A DNA stretch of 32,000 nucleotides from Aquifex aeolicus VF5. Its GTDB lineage: Bacteria; Aquificota; Aquificia; Aquificales; Aquificaceae. The position numbers were made by a program, and so were the translations under genes. Location of the stretch: assembly GCF_000008625.1 (NCBI RefSeq), contig NC_000918.1, positions 300,001 to 332,000 of the forward strand. Direction: 5' to 3'. Shown one piece after another: positions 1 through 9,612 of this stretch. Positions within the stretch are counted from its first letter, which is position 1. Every line of letters starts with the position of its first letter. The notes beneath the pieces are model-generated. The model had not been told where the DNA came from. It did not search any database and saw nothing but the letters and a program-made list of their open reading frames with translations.

Positions 1-829
1 ACCACCTATTGCGGGCTTTATGAAGTCCTTTATCTTGAGTTTCCTAAAAAAACTACTTATTAAGAAAAAAATGTTCACGTAAACCCTCGTAAAGAGTGCG
101 CAAATAACTTCTAGACCCGCGTACGTAAAAGAATTATTAAATCAACTTCTTTAAATGGCTGGACGTTTGAAGAAAATATCGGCTGAAATCCGTAAACGGA
201 ACCAAAAACGCTGTAAGCTACAACTGAGGCTATAAAGCTCGGGATCATGGTCTCAATAATAGAAGTCCCTTTTGAAAAAGACCTCCGCACTGATAATTGC
301 CCCGGCGAGAGGAGCTTTAAAGATAGCTGCTACTCTGCCCCGAGCCTATTGCGAGTGCCTTCCTCTTTTCGGACTCCTTTAGCTTAAACCAATCAGCCAC
401 GGAAGAACCAAGCCCCGCACCAATTAAGGCTATTGGGCCTTCCCTTCCCGAAGTCCCGCCTGTTCCTATAGTTACAGCGGAGGTTATAAGCTTTACTATA
501 GAAGACTTCAAAGAAAGCTTTTTTCCGTGGTGGTAGGCATATATGGCGGCATCAGTACCCACGCCTGCGGACTCAGGTGCAAAAAAGTAAGCGAGCAGTC
601 CCGAAATAAGACCGCCTAGAGCTACAGTAATAGGAAGGAGATACGGTTTCAAAGGCTCCCATGTGAAGGTTTCCCTATGCCCTTCGCCTCCAGGGAGAGG
701 CTGGTAATAACCTACAACTTGTTCAAGAACTAAGTGAGTAATAACTTCCAATGCTTCTACAAAGAGTATTGCAAATAAGCCCGCAAACAAACCTATGATA
801 ACGGGGAGCCAGAAATACTTTCTGAGCAT
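1..829 (-). pseudogene. ClC-family chloride channel, disrupted. The N-terminal 170 aa are intact (317..829). The rest continues in three other frames to the window edge.
   Basis: ORF 317..829 carries the ClC signature GREGP (TSGREGPIALIGAGLGS) and N-terminal TM helices. My hand translation of the minus strand below 345 gives ClC-like continuations in shifted frames: (R)VAAIFKAPLAGAIISAEVFFKRDFYY* (about 339..253), SIIETMIPSFIASVVAYSVFGSVYGFQPIF...* (about 260..111) and TYAGLEVICALFTRVYVNIFFLISSFFRKLKIKDFIKPAIGG (about 126..1). Confidence 0.7.
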
Positions 830-869
830 TTAACTTTATTATAACTTTCGGGCGTTATACTAAATTAAC

Positions 870-1664
870 ATGCACGTCCTTTTAATCGGACTCGGAAATA
901 TGGGAAAAAAATACTTAAGAAAAATAAAAGAACTGGGACTGAACCCCGTCATATGCGACATAGACCCTGAAAAGGCAAACGTCTGTAACGAATGTCCCTT
1001 TTACTGCCACATAGGGGATATAAAGGAAGAGGTTCAGAAAGTAATAATAGCCGTTGATCCGAAAGATCACGTAAGACTCGCGAAAGAGTTTCTGGAAAAG
1101 GGCATTCCCGTTCTCCTTGAAAAACCCCCGGCACTGACGAGTAAAGAGTTTGAAGAAATAGTAGAGAACCCAAACCTTGAGATATCCGAAATAGAACTTT
1201 ACTCCGAAGCCGTAAAAAATTTTCCAACGGATGTAGAACCTGAGGAAATAGTCATAGAAAGACTGAACAAAGGAAGTGGTTACATAAACCCTCTCTGGGA
1301 TCTCGCCTGGCACGATCTTTACGTACTTCAGTACCTCTTCGGTGATGTAGAAGCCGAAGAAGTAAATAGGAAAAACGGTATTTGGGAAATAAAGGGAAAG
1401 GTAAAAAACGTTCCCTTTACCCTGAGAGTTGCGTGGAATTACCCTGAAGAACAGAAGAGAGTCTGGAGGATAAAAACTAAAAAGGGAGAAATTTTAATGG
1501 ATTTCATAAAAGAAGAACTCGCTTACGGAAATTACAAGAGACAAAGGCTTTACGGAGACAAACTCGGTGAAATGGTTCGGGATTTCCTGAGCGGTGTAAG
1601 GAGAGAAGGAAGCACGAGAAGAGCTTTAAATAATTTAAGGATTTTGGAGAGTCTGAAAATTTAG
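870..1664 (+). CDS. Gfo/Idh/MocA-family NAD(P)-dependent oxidoreductase (short form)
   Basis: N-terminal Rossmann motif LLIGLGNMGKKY and the family EKP motif (VLLEKPPALT). Confidence 0.65.
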   Translation: MHVLLIGLGNMGKKYLRKIKELGLNPVICDIDPEKANVCNECPFYCHIGDIKEEVQKVIIAVDPKDHVRLAKEFLEKGIPVLLEKPPALTSKEFEEIVENPNLEISEIELYSEAVKNFPTDVEPEEIVIERLNKGSGYINPLWDLAWHDLYVLQYLFGDVEAEEVNRKNGIWEIKGKVKNVPFTLRVAWNYPEEQKRVWRIKTKKGEILMDFIKEELAYGNYKRQRLYGDKLGEMVRDFLSGVRREGSTRRALNNLRILESLKI

Positions 1665-2320
1665 TTTCTCTCCGCGGTCAAAACGATATTCTTCGGAGAG
1701 ATTACTTTTTTATCCCTCTTCATTTTGACCTTCAGATTTTCATCAAACTTATCCTTCAGGTAATAACACCAGGCTTCGTAAACACCGAGCTCGTCTATTA
1801 AGAACTGGTACTTTTCCCTAGGGAAGTTTCCTTCACAGCATGGCATTAAAACCGCAAACTTTACATTCTCGTTATTGTTCACAAGTTCTATAAACCTCTC
1901 CGACAAGTCCCTGCACAGGTGTATTCCCGTAAGGATTACTTTATCTCCCGCCTCTTTTATCAGTTTTTCAACCTCTTCGCTCATTATATCTGCCTTTACG
2001 AACTGAGCATTTTTTAAGTAAGTAAAGTGCTCCCTGTCAGCTCCCTCATCTATGTCCACGGCTATCACTTTGGTTTTTGGATGCATCAGGGCAACAAGTG
2101 TGCTCAAAAAACCCTTTCCCGAGCAGAGGTCAATAACGACATGATTGGGATCCCTTATAAGGTGGTCCTTAATCCTCTCCCTCACTGCCATGGCCTCGGA
2201 TATCTCCTTCCAGAAGGTGTTTTTCCTCCTGAGCTTCTTAAACTCTTCCCTGTTCTCAAATAATTTCGCTATCCTTAACTTCTTGAAGCTTTTTACGTAG
2301 GAGTTTTCCTTGATTTCCAT
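1661..2320 (-). CDS. Class I SAM-dependent methyltransferase
   Basis: Motif I-like VIDLCSGKGFLS followed by an acidic residue after beta2 (VIAVDID). Its stop overlaps the convergent upstream gene's stop (TTAG at 1661..1664). Confidence 0.55.
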   Translation of the reverse strand: MEIKENSYVKSFKKLRIAKLFENREEFKKLRRKNTFWKEISEAMAVRERIKDHLIRDPNHVVIDLCSGKGFLSTLVALMHPKTKVIAVDIDEGADREHFTYLKNAQFVKADIMSEEVEKLIKEAGDKVILTGIHLCRDLSERFIELVNNNENVKFAVLMPCCEGNFPREKYQFLIDELGVYEAWCYYLKDKFDENLKVKMKRDKKVISPKNIVLTAERN

Positions 2321-2446
2321 CCCATCAAATTAATTTATACAATCCTTCTCCTGTCCCACCATGCGAAGGCTATGACACTCACGGTCAACATTTTAGATTA
2401 AACTCTTCGATTAAGATATACTCTATAACCTGAAGGAGGTTAGCAA

Positions 2447-3136
2447 ATGCTTCTGAACCTGGATGTGAGAATGCAACTAAAGGAGCTGGCACAAAAGGAA
2501 TTCAAAGAACCTGTTAGTATAAAGCTGTTTTCTCAGGCTATTGGATGTGAGTCCTGCCAAACCGCGGAAGAACTTCTGAAGGAAACCGTTGAGGTTATCG
2601 GAGAGGCTGTGGGACAGGATAAGATAAAGCTCGACATATACTCTCCCTTTACTCATAAGGAAGAAACGGAAAAGTACGGAGTTGACAGGGTTCCGACAAT
2701 AGTTATAGAAGGAGACAAGGATTACGGAATAAGGTATATAGGACTTCCCGCGGGACTGGAGTTTACCACACTCATAAACGGTATATTCCACGTTTCTCAA
2801 AGAAAGCCTCAACTTTCTGAAAAAACTCTTGAACTCCTTCAGGTAGTTGACATTCCAATAGAGATATGGGTTTTCGTTACGACTTCCTGCGGATACTGTC
2901 CTTCTGCAGCGGTAATGGCTTGGGACTTTGCGCTGGCAAACGACTACATAACTTCTAAGGTTATAGACGCTTCAGAGAATCAAGACCTTGCCGAACAATT
3001 CCAGGTTGTAGGTGTCCCTAAGATAGTCATAAACAAGGGTGTGGCGGAATTCGTGGGAGCACAACCGGAGAACGCCTTCCTCGGTTATATAATGGCGGTT
3101 TACGAAAAACTCAAGAGGGAAAAAGAACAGGCTTAA
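2447..3136 (+). CDS. Protein disulfide oxidoreductase with two thioredoxin-fold units (PDO / glutaredoxin-like)
   Basis: Two CXXC sites, CESC in the N-terminal half and CGYC in the C-terminal half. Length is about 229 aa with a VGVPKIVIN-type cis-Pro loop, as in the thermophile PDO family. GGAGG RBS upstream. Confidence 0.8.
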   Translation: MLLNLDVRMQLKELAQKEFKEPVSIKLFSQAIGCESCQTAEELLKETVEVIGEAVGQDKIKLDIYSPFTHKEETEKYGVDRVPTIVIEGDKDYGIRYIGLPAGLEFTTLINGIFHVSQRKPQLSEKTLELLQVVDIPIEIWVFVTTSCGYCPSAAVMAWDFALANDYITSKVIDASENQDLAEQFQVVGVPKIVINKGVAEFVGAQPENAFLGYIMAVYEKLKREKEQA

Positions 3137-3966
3137 TGCGTTTCTTAGATAGATTCTTCAAAAAGAAGAAGAAAGAGGAGGCTCTATGGACAAAGTGTCC
3201 GAACTGTAAAAGCCTCCTCTACGTTCCCGACCTGGAGAGCAACCTGAAAGTTTGCCCCAATTGCGACTACCACTTCACCCTTTCCGCCCTTGAGCGTATA
3301 AAGTACACCCTCGATGAGGAAAATCCCGAACTCCTATTTGAAGAAATACTACCCGCGGATCCTCTGAACTTCAAAGACACGAAAAGCTATAAGGACAGGA
3401 TAAAGAAAGCACAGGAGGAGACGGGACTGAGTGAAGCAATAGTCATAACGGAGGGGCACATAAAGGGGAAAAGGGCGATACTCGCGGTTATGGACTTTAA
3501 CTTCATAGGCGGAAGTATGGGCTCTGTGGTCGGGGAGCGGTTCTTCAGAGCCTGTGAGAGGGCTGTAGAGACTAAAACTCCGTTGATATCCTTTGCAGCG
3601 TCGGGCGGGGCGAGAATGCAGGAAGGAATACTCTCTTTAATGCAAATGGCAAAGACTACCTTCGGAGTGGGTTTACTAAAGGAGGCAAACATACCTTACA
3701 TAAGCGTTTTGACCAATCCCACAATGGGTGGCGTTTCTGCAAGTTTTGCCTTTCTGGGCGATTTAATATTGGCAGAACCAAAGGCGTTAATAGGGTTCGC
3801 GGGACCGAGGGTGATAGAACAAACTATAAAGCAAAAGCTTCCCGAGGGATTTCAAACTGCGGAATTCCTCCTTGAAAAGGGACAGATAGACATGGTAGTC
3901 CACAGAAAAGAATTGAAGGACAAACTCGCCTACTTTTTAGAGGTTATGTACTACGCAAAGCGGTGA
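3136..3966 (+). CDS. accD: Acetyl-CoA carboxylase carboxyltransferase beta subunit
   Basis: N-terminal zinc ribbon CPNCKS...CPNCDYH, then the carboxyltransferase core (MDFNFIGGSMGSVVGE, SGGARMQEG). TAATG overlap with the upstream gene. Confidence 0.9.
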   Translation: MRFLDRFFKKKKKEEALWTKCPNCKSLLYVPDLESNLKVCPNCDYHFTLSALERIKYTLDEENPELLFEEILPADPLNFKDTKSYKDRIKKAQEETGLSEAIVITEGHIKGKRAILAVMDFNFIGGSMGSVVGERFFRACERAVETKTPLISFAASGGARMQEGILSLMQMAKTTFGVGLLKEANIPYISVLTNPTMGGVSASFAFLGDLILAEPKALIGFAGPRVIEQTIKQKLPEGFQTAEFLLEKGQIDMVVHRKELKDKLAYFLEVMYYAKR

Positions 3967-4640
3967 AGGAGTACCTAGATATCTTCTTTCTTGAAAAATA
4001 TCCCTTCCCTTTATACGAGGCTTTTTTAAGGATAGTATTTGCGGCACTGCTGGGGGCACTTATCGGTCTTGAGAGGGAAAGGAGGAGACAGCCCGCAGGA
4101 CTCAGAACACACGCGGTTCTTGCAATAGGTTCTGCTTTGATAACCCTCGTGTCCATCTACACGAGCTACACTTACGGGGGGATAACTGCGGACCCTTCAA
4201 GGATTACGGCTCAAATCGTGAGCGGTATCGGATTTCTAGGGGCGGGGGCTATTTTGAGGTTCGGCGTTACGGTAAAGGGACTCACAACCGCAGCGAGCCT
4301 CTGGAGCACTGCGGGTATAGGAATAGCCGCTGGAACGGGTATGTACGTTCTTTCTCTTTTCACCACTCTTATACTCCTCTTGTTTTTAACCTTTGTTAGC
4401 AAGGTAGAAAGGGAAATCCTCGGAAGCAAAGGCACGGTAAACTTAAAGCTAACCCTCACGGATTTCCCCGAAGGCATTTACAGGGTTCAAAACATACTGG
4501 AAGAAGTAAAGATACAAAAGGTCGTTAAGAAAAAAGAAGAAGTGGAAGTGCTTTTGAGTATTCCGAGATACGAAGACCTCACCGAGAAACTGGAAGAAGT
4601 CCTGAGACTCAAGGAAGTGAAAGAACTTGAACTTATGTAA
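3963..4640 (+). CDS. MgtC/SapB-family membrane protein
   Basis: Family motif ALIGLERERRRQPAGLRTHAVLAIGSAL, 4-5 TM helices and a soluble C-terminal domain. GTGA overlap with accD. Confidence 0.8.
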   Translation: MKEYLDIFFLEKYPFPLYEAFLRIVFAALLGALIGLERERRRQPAGLRTHAVLAIGSALITLVSIYTSYTYGGITADPSRITAQIVSGIGFLGAGAILRFGVTVKGLTTAASLWSTAGIGIAAGTGMYVLSLFTTLILLLFLTFVSKVEREILGSKGTVNLKLTLTDFPEGIYRVQNILEEVKIQKVVKKKEEVEVLLSIPRYEDLTEKLEEVLRLKEVKELELM

Positions 4641-4650
4641 AATCTTCGTT

Positions 4651-4941
4651 ATGAAAGAAGTACTCATGAGGATATACTCCTCAAAGGAGGAAAACCTCGA
4701 AGACTATATAAATAAACTATTTGAGGGAGGAATAAGGGGTGCGGTTGTTCTTCAGGGAATAGCGGGGTTCGGAAAGGGAAGAGAGTTTCACTCCGAAGAG
4801 ATAGAAGTCCTCTCTTATGAACTTCCCGTGGTAATAGAAGTAGTAGAAGACAGGGAAAAATTACTGAACTTCCTGAAGGAAAATAGAGAGACTTTTAAGA
4901 ATTGCTACATCACTTTTGAGAGGGTGAAGGTATGGGAGTAG
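4651..4941 (+). CDS. DUF190 (UPF0166) protein, copy 1
   Basis: GIRGAVVLQGIAGFGKG...ELPVVIEVVEDREKLLNFL matches the DUF190 pattern and parallels copy 2. I prefer ATG 4651 over the TTG 4627 in the ORF track, because 4627 lies inside the mgtC-like gene. Confidence 0.7.
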   Translation: MKEVLMRIYSSKEENLEDYINKLFEGGIRGAVVLQGIAGFGKGREFHSEEIEVLSYELPVVIEVVEDREKLLNFLKENRETFKNCYITFERVKVWE

Positions 4942-5306
4942 TTTTCGCGGTGGCCCTCGGAGGTGCTATCGGCTCCGCCCTTAGATTTTTACTCTCAAAA
5001 GTCGTTCAGGAACACTTCGGGATAAGCTTCCCCGTGGGAACGCTGTTCGTAAACCTGGTTGGAGCCTTCTTTATAGGGTTCTTCTTCGCTTACCTCGTGG
5101 ATAAACTCGCTGTAAACCCTCACGCGAGAGCACTGCTCATTACAGGGCTTCTGGGAGGACTTACTACCTTTTCAACCTACTCTTATGAGAGCTTTTCACT
5201 TCTTCGCGAAGGAGAAACCTTAAAGTTTTTAGCCTACACCTTAGGAACAAACGTACTCGGTATTTTCTTTACTTTCCTTGGCTACATCTTGGGGGAGAGC
5301 TTATGA
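4932..5306 (+). CDS. crcB: Fluoride ion channel CrcB/Fluc
   Basis: 124 aa and 4 TM helices, with motifs GGAIGSALRF and GLLGGLTTFSTY. Confidence 0.9.
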   Translation: MGVVFAVALGGAIGSALRFLLSKVVQEHFGISFPVGTLFVNLVGAFFIGFFFAYLVDKLAVNPHARALLITGLLGGLTTFSTYSYESFSLLREGETLKFLAYTLGTNVLGIFFTFLGYILGESL

Positions 5307-5620
5307 GAGTAGTAAAGAAGAAGCTCCTCAGGATATTCACCTCTGAAGACGAAAGTTTTGAAGGAAAACCTTTTTATAAGTACTTGCTTGAGAGGGCAAA
5401 AGAAAGAGGACTTGAGGGTGCAACGGTTTTCAGGGCGATTGCAGGATACGGAAAAACGAAGGAAATAAGAAAACACAAGTTATTTCAGCTGAGGTCCTCC
5501 CTTCCGGTTGTCGTTGAAATAATAGACGAAGAGGAAAAGATAAAGAGGTTTTTGGAAGAGATAAAGGGAAAACACAACGGGCTTATAACCCTTGAGGATG
5601 TAGAAGTCATATACCTTTAA
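5303..5620 (+). CDS. DUF190 (UPF0166) protein, copy 2
   Basis: [44 protein letters not shown]...[18 protein letters not shown] is the canonical DUF190 layout. ATGA overlap with crcB. Confidence 0.8.
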   Translation: MRVVKKKLLRIFTSEDESFEGKPFYKYLLERAKERGLEGATVFRAIAGYGKTKEIRKHKLFQLRSSLPVVVEIIDEEEKIKRFLEEIKGKHNGLITLEDVEVIYL

Positions 5621-7374
5621 CCTACGAGGTACATGGTTTCCGCTTCGTGCTTTCCTTTTCCGTCTTCGAGTATCATGTCCTTGTAAGACTTTCCTGCTGG
5701 AACCATTGGGAGAACGTTTTCCTCCCTGTCTACCCAGAAGTCTATAATTACGGGTCTGTCGTCTATCTTTCTTGCCTCTTCTATAACTTCTCTTACTTCC
5801 TTAGGCTTTTTAGCCCTCATACCAACCGCGCCCATCGCTTCTGCGAGCTTTACGAAATCCGGCTGGACTGAGAGGTCAACTTCGGAGTACCTCTTGTCGT
5901 AGAAGAGTTCCTGCCACTGCCTTACCATCCCGAGGTACGCGTTGTTAATAATAGCTACCTTAACGGGAACTTTATACTGAACTGCGGTGATTACTTCCTG
6001 CATGGTCATAACGAAGGAGCCGTCTCCGTCCACTACCCAAACTTCTCTGTCCGGTCTTCCTATCTTTGCCCCTATTCCCGCGGGCAGTCCAAATCCCATA
6101 GTTCCAAGTCCGCCCGAATTTATAAACTGTCTCGGATATTTGAACTTGTAGAACATCGCAGCCCACATCTGGTGCTGTCCAACGCCTGGAACGATTATGG
6201 CTTCCCCGTTCGTGGCTTCCCAGAGCTGTTCTATAACGTACTGAGGCTTTATAACCTTGTCAGAATTTCTGTAAGTCAGTGGATGGAGTTTTTTCCACTT
6301 TTCTATTTGCTCCAGCCACTTCTTCCTCTCTTCTGGATAGAGTATCTTTGCTCCCCTTTTCTTTATTTCGTTTATGAGCTTCCTGAGGACTATCTTCACG
6401 TCCCCGACTATGGGAACGTCAACGGTTATGTTCTTGGAAATAGAAGCTGGGTCTATGTCTATGTGAATTATCTTTGCTCCCGGTGCGAATTCATCTATCT
6501 TACCCGTAACCCTGTCGTCAAATCTCGCACCTACAGCTATGAGGAGGTCCGAGTTGTAAACCGCCATATTTGCGTAATATGTTCCGTGCATTCCGAGCAT
6601 CCTGAGGGAAAGAGGGTGTGTTTCGGGGAATGCACCTTTACCCTGGGTGGTGGTGGTTACGGGTATCTGCATTAATTCAGCGAGTTCAATTAGTTCCTCC
6701 TGAGCTTCCGAGTTTACAGCTCCCCCGCCAACGTAAAGAACAGGTCTTTTTGCGGACATTATGAGCTCTGCTGCCTTCTTTATCTGCTGGGGATTTCCCT
6801 CAACGTGGGGCTTGTATCCGGGAAGGGCTGCCTTTACCTCTTCGTCAGAGGGTATTTTTACGTCCGCTATTTGCTGAGTGACGTCTTTGGGAAGGTCCAC
6901 GAGAACGGGTCCGGGTCTTCCTGTTCTCGCTATGTAAAAGGCCTCCCTTAAGATGAGGGGAAGCTCCTCTATGCTCTTAACTAAAAAGTTATGCTTGGTT
7001 ATGGGTCTCGTTATTCCTACGATATCAACTTCTTGAAAGGCATCGTTTCCGATAAGGTGGGTGGGTACCTGTCCCGTTATTGCGACAAGCGGAACGGAGT
7101 CCATATATGCGTCCGCTATGGGTGTGACGAGGTTTGTGGCTCCCGGTCCTGATGTTACCATTACAACCCCTACTTTTCCGGTTGCCTTTGCGTACCCTTC
7201 CGCCATGTGACCGGCGCCCTGTTCGTGCCTTGCGAGTATGTGTTTTATCCCTCCGAGCCTGTAAAGGGCGTCGTAAACTTCCATTATCGCTCCGCCGGGA
7301 AGCCCAAAAACAACCTCAACGCCTTCAGCCTTAAGTGTTTCAATAACTATGTCAGCTCCTTTCTTTGCCGGCAT
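5617..7374 (-). CDS. ilvB: Acetolactate synthase (acetohydroxyacid synthase) large subunit
   Basis: 585 aa ThDP enzyme: N-terminal [33 protein letters not shown], and ThDP-binding motif [11 protein letters not shown]...NN. Confidence 0.9.
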   Translation of the reverse strand: MPAKKGADIVIETLKAEGVEVVFGLPGGAIMEVYDALYRLGGIKHILARHEQGAGHMAEGYAKATGKVGVVMVTSGPGATNLVTPIADAYMDSVPLVAITGQVPTHLIGNDAFQEVDIVGITRPITKHNFLVKSIEELPLILREAFYIARTGRPGPVLVDLPKDVTQQIADVKIPSDEEVKAALPGYKPHVEGNPQQIKKAAELIMSAKRPVLYVGGGAVNSEAQEELIELAELMQIPVTTTTQGKGAFPETHPLSLRMLGMHGTYYANMAVYNSDLLIAVGARFDDRVTGKIDEFAPGAKIIHIDIDPASISKNITVDVPIVGDVKIVLRKLINEIKKRGAKILYPEERKKWLEQIEKWKKLHPLTYRNSDKVIKPQYVIEQLWEATNGEAIIVPGVGQHQMWAAMFYKFKYPRQFINSGGLGTMGFGLPAGIGAKIGRPDREVWVVDGDGSFVMTMQEVITAVQYKVPVKVAIINNAYLGMVRQWQELFYDKRYSEVDLSVQPDFVKLAEAMGAVGMRAKKPKEVREVIEEARKIDDRPVIIDFWVDREENVLPMVPAGKSYKDMILEDGKGKHEAETMYLVG

Positions 7375-7444
7375 CTCTCTTCAATACCTCCGGTGCTTTT
7401 GATATTTAAATAAATTTGTAAACTTTATATTAATTTTCAATGTT

Positions 7445-7675
7445 TTAGTCTATGTCTTCACCCCTCAAGAGCCTCTGAGCGTAATTCACGCAGGCAAGAA
7501 CCATAAACCAGAGGGCGTGGTAATCCGTTTTATCAAAGTTTTCCTTTACAAAAATTGTCCCGTCTTCCTTTTCCACAACGCTTATGTACTTGAAAGCTTC
7601 CTGAGCCAGAGCCTTGTTTTGAACCTTCTGGAGTATTCTTTCTTTCACCCAGTCGGGCAGAGGTTTTTCCACCAT
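7445..7675 (-). CDS. Hypothetical small protein (76 aa)
   Basis: It fills the gap between two same-strand genes and has host-like amino-acid composition. I recognise no motif. Confidence 0.4.
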   Translation of the reverse strand: MVEKPLPDWVKERILQKVQNKALAQEAFKYISVVEKEDGTIFVKENFDKTDYHALWFMVLACVNYAQRLLRGEDID

Positions 7676-7707
7676 ATTTCTTAATTTACTTTACAGATAA
7701 TTCAGTT

Positions 7708-8481
7708 CTATGAGCTTTCGTACCTTTCTATGAACCTCGCACCTACAAGGAAGAGAAGAAAGTTAAAGTTGAGCCACAAGAAGAAAAGGACAATTGTACT
7801 AAGAGAACCGTATAGAACACTTCCCTTGAATACGTACACCGTGTAAAGTGTAAATATGTACTGGAGGAGAGAGGCAAAGAAGTAAACGAGAAATGAAGAA
7901 ATCAGAAGGGAAATTTTTCTGTTAATTTTTATAAAGCTCCAGTAAAGGGATATCACTAGGAAAAGGAGCGGAAGTGAGGAGGCAAGATTACTTAAAAACC
8001 CGATGCCTTTGAAGTATGTCTTTAAAAGAATTGATACATAAAAAGACATACCGGTTACGAAGCTAAAGAGTACGAGTAAAATGGGAAAGCCTACCCAGAA
8101 AAATACTTCGTGGACGTCTCTCTTTTTCCTTTCCACAACGTAAGAGAGACTTTTGGCTATTTTCTTTACGAAGTTGACCGAAAAGAAGTAGGAAACCAGC
8201 AGGGAAATCAGGGAAGCGGTTTTACCCTGCTCTTTTGCCTTCAGAATTTCCGCTATTACCGCGTGAGTTTGTTTCGGAAAGTGTTCCCTGAGAACTTCTT
8301 CCAAAAGATCGAGCTTTATAAATCCTAGGTATGAGGATAGTGCTGCGAGGAAAACTATGAGAGGTGCGAGTACAAGGAGGAGTTGAAGAGTAAGGGCCGA
8401 AGCGTGGTAGGAGTAGTCATACCTGAAGGCGTCCCAAAGGCAGAGAAACAAAGCGTTTAAGAGCTTTCTCAAGGTTCCCAT
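7708..8481 (-). CDS. YihY/BrkB-family integral membrane protein
   Basis: About 6 TM helices and an N-terminal segment [20 protein letters not shown] typical of the YihY family. 13-nt overlap with the upstream KamA-family gene. Confidence 0.65.
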
Positions 8482-9581
8482 ACTTCCGTTACTTCGTATT
8501 CTACGACCTCACCCGTGAAACTTTCAAACCAGAACTTATTACCTTTCCTTTTCTTTACGTAGTTGGGAAGAAGAGGAACCTTACCTTTCCCTCCCGGGAG
8601 GTCCACCGCGTAAGTGGGTATCCCGAAACCGCTCAGCCTTCCCCTCAAATATCTCATTATTTCAAGTCCTTTGTCTATCGTAGTCCTAAAGTGAACCGCT
8701 CCCTTTATCGGGTCGCAGTGAAAGAGGTACTGGGGCTTTACCTTTATCCTTAAAAGTTTTCTAAAGAGTTTTAGCATAACTTCAGGGTCGTCGTTTACGC
8801 CTTTAAGTAGGACTGTCTGGTTGTTCACGGGAATGCCCCTTCTCAGGAGCCTGTCCACCGCTTCTTCCGCGTACTCGGTTATCTCATTCGGATGGTTGAA
8901 GTGAGTGTTTATCCATATGGGGGAGTATTTTTCCAGTATGTCCAGAAGTTTATCGTTAAAGAACCTCTGGGGTGCAAGAACGGGAAGCCTCGTCCCAAAG
9001 CGTATAATTTCCACGTGTTTTATTTCCCTTAACCTTGAGAGTAAGTATTCAAGTTTTTCCAAGGAAAGGGAAAGTGGCTCACCACCTGAAATTAAGACAT
9101 CCCTTATCTCTTCGTGTCTCTTTATGTAATCAATCATCGTGTCTATTTCCTCTTTAGTCCTTGCCCTCTCACCCTGAGAGAATATCCTCTTTCTCATACA
9201 GTGCCTGCAGTAAACCGCACAAAAGGTAGTGACGTTTAAAAGAACCCTGTCGGGATACCTGTGTGTAAGACCCGGAATATCTCCTTCTTCTTTCAGAGCG
9301 TCTGGTTCTCCCGCAGACTGAACCTTTTCATCAACTTCTACAACGCGGGGGATTGCCTGAAGTCTTATAGGATCCTTCGGGTCCTCTGGATTTATTAAAG
9401 AGAGGTAGTAAGGTGTTATCGCAAAGGGATAAAGCCCTTGAGTTCTTTTAATTCCTTCTTCCTCCTCGGGAAGGAGTTTTAAGTACTTTTTTATCTCCTT
9501 AAGAGTTTTTATCCTGTTTTGTATCTGCCACTCGTAGCTCCTCCAGAGGTTTTCCGGTACATTCTCAAAAAAGCGACGCAT
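8469..9581 (-). CDS. kamA: KamA-family radical SAM aminomutase (lysine 2,3-aminomutase-like)
   Basis: Radical SAM cluster motif [18 protein letters not shown], and the [12 protein letters not shown] motif characteristic of 2,3-aminomutases. Confidence 0.8.
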
Positions 9582-9612
9582 AAATAAAAAGGTAAAGGAT
9601 AAAGGGGAGAAA

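Noticed and set aside
2321-2446. Largest intergenic region (126 nt) as a possible tRNA or small RNA locus
   Set aside because: It is AT-rich with no GC-rich stems, no tRNA-like T-loop (GTTCRANNC) and no cloverleaf potential. It is best explained as the divergent promoter region of the methyltransferase and PDO genes. The two GATTAA direct repeats there are too short to interpret.
4560-4660. Fluoride riboswitch (crcB RNA motif) upstream of the DUF190/crcB genes
   Set aside because: The region is coding (3' end of the MgtC-like gene), with only about 10 nt of spacer. I could not find the conserved GGCGATG...CTGATGA...CTAC-type elements by eye. A covariance-model scan would be decisive.
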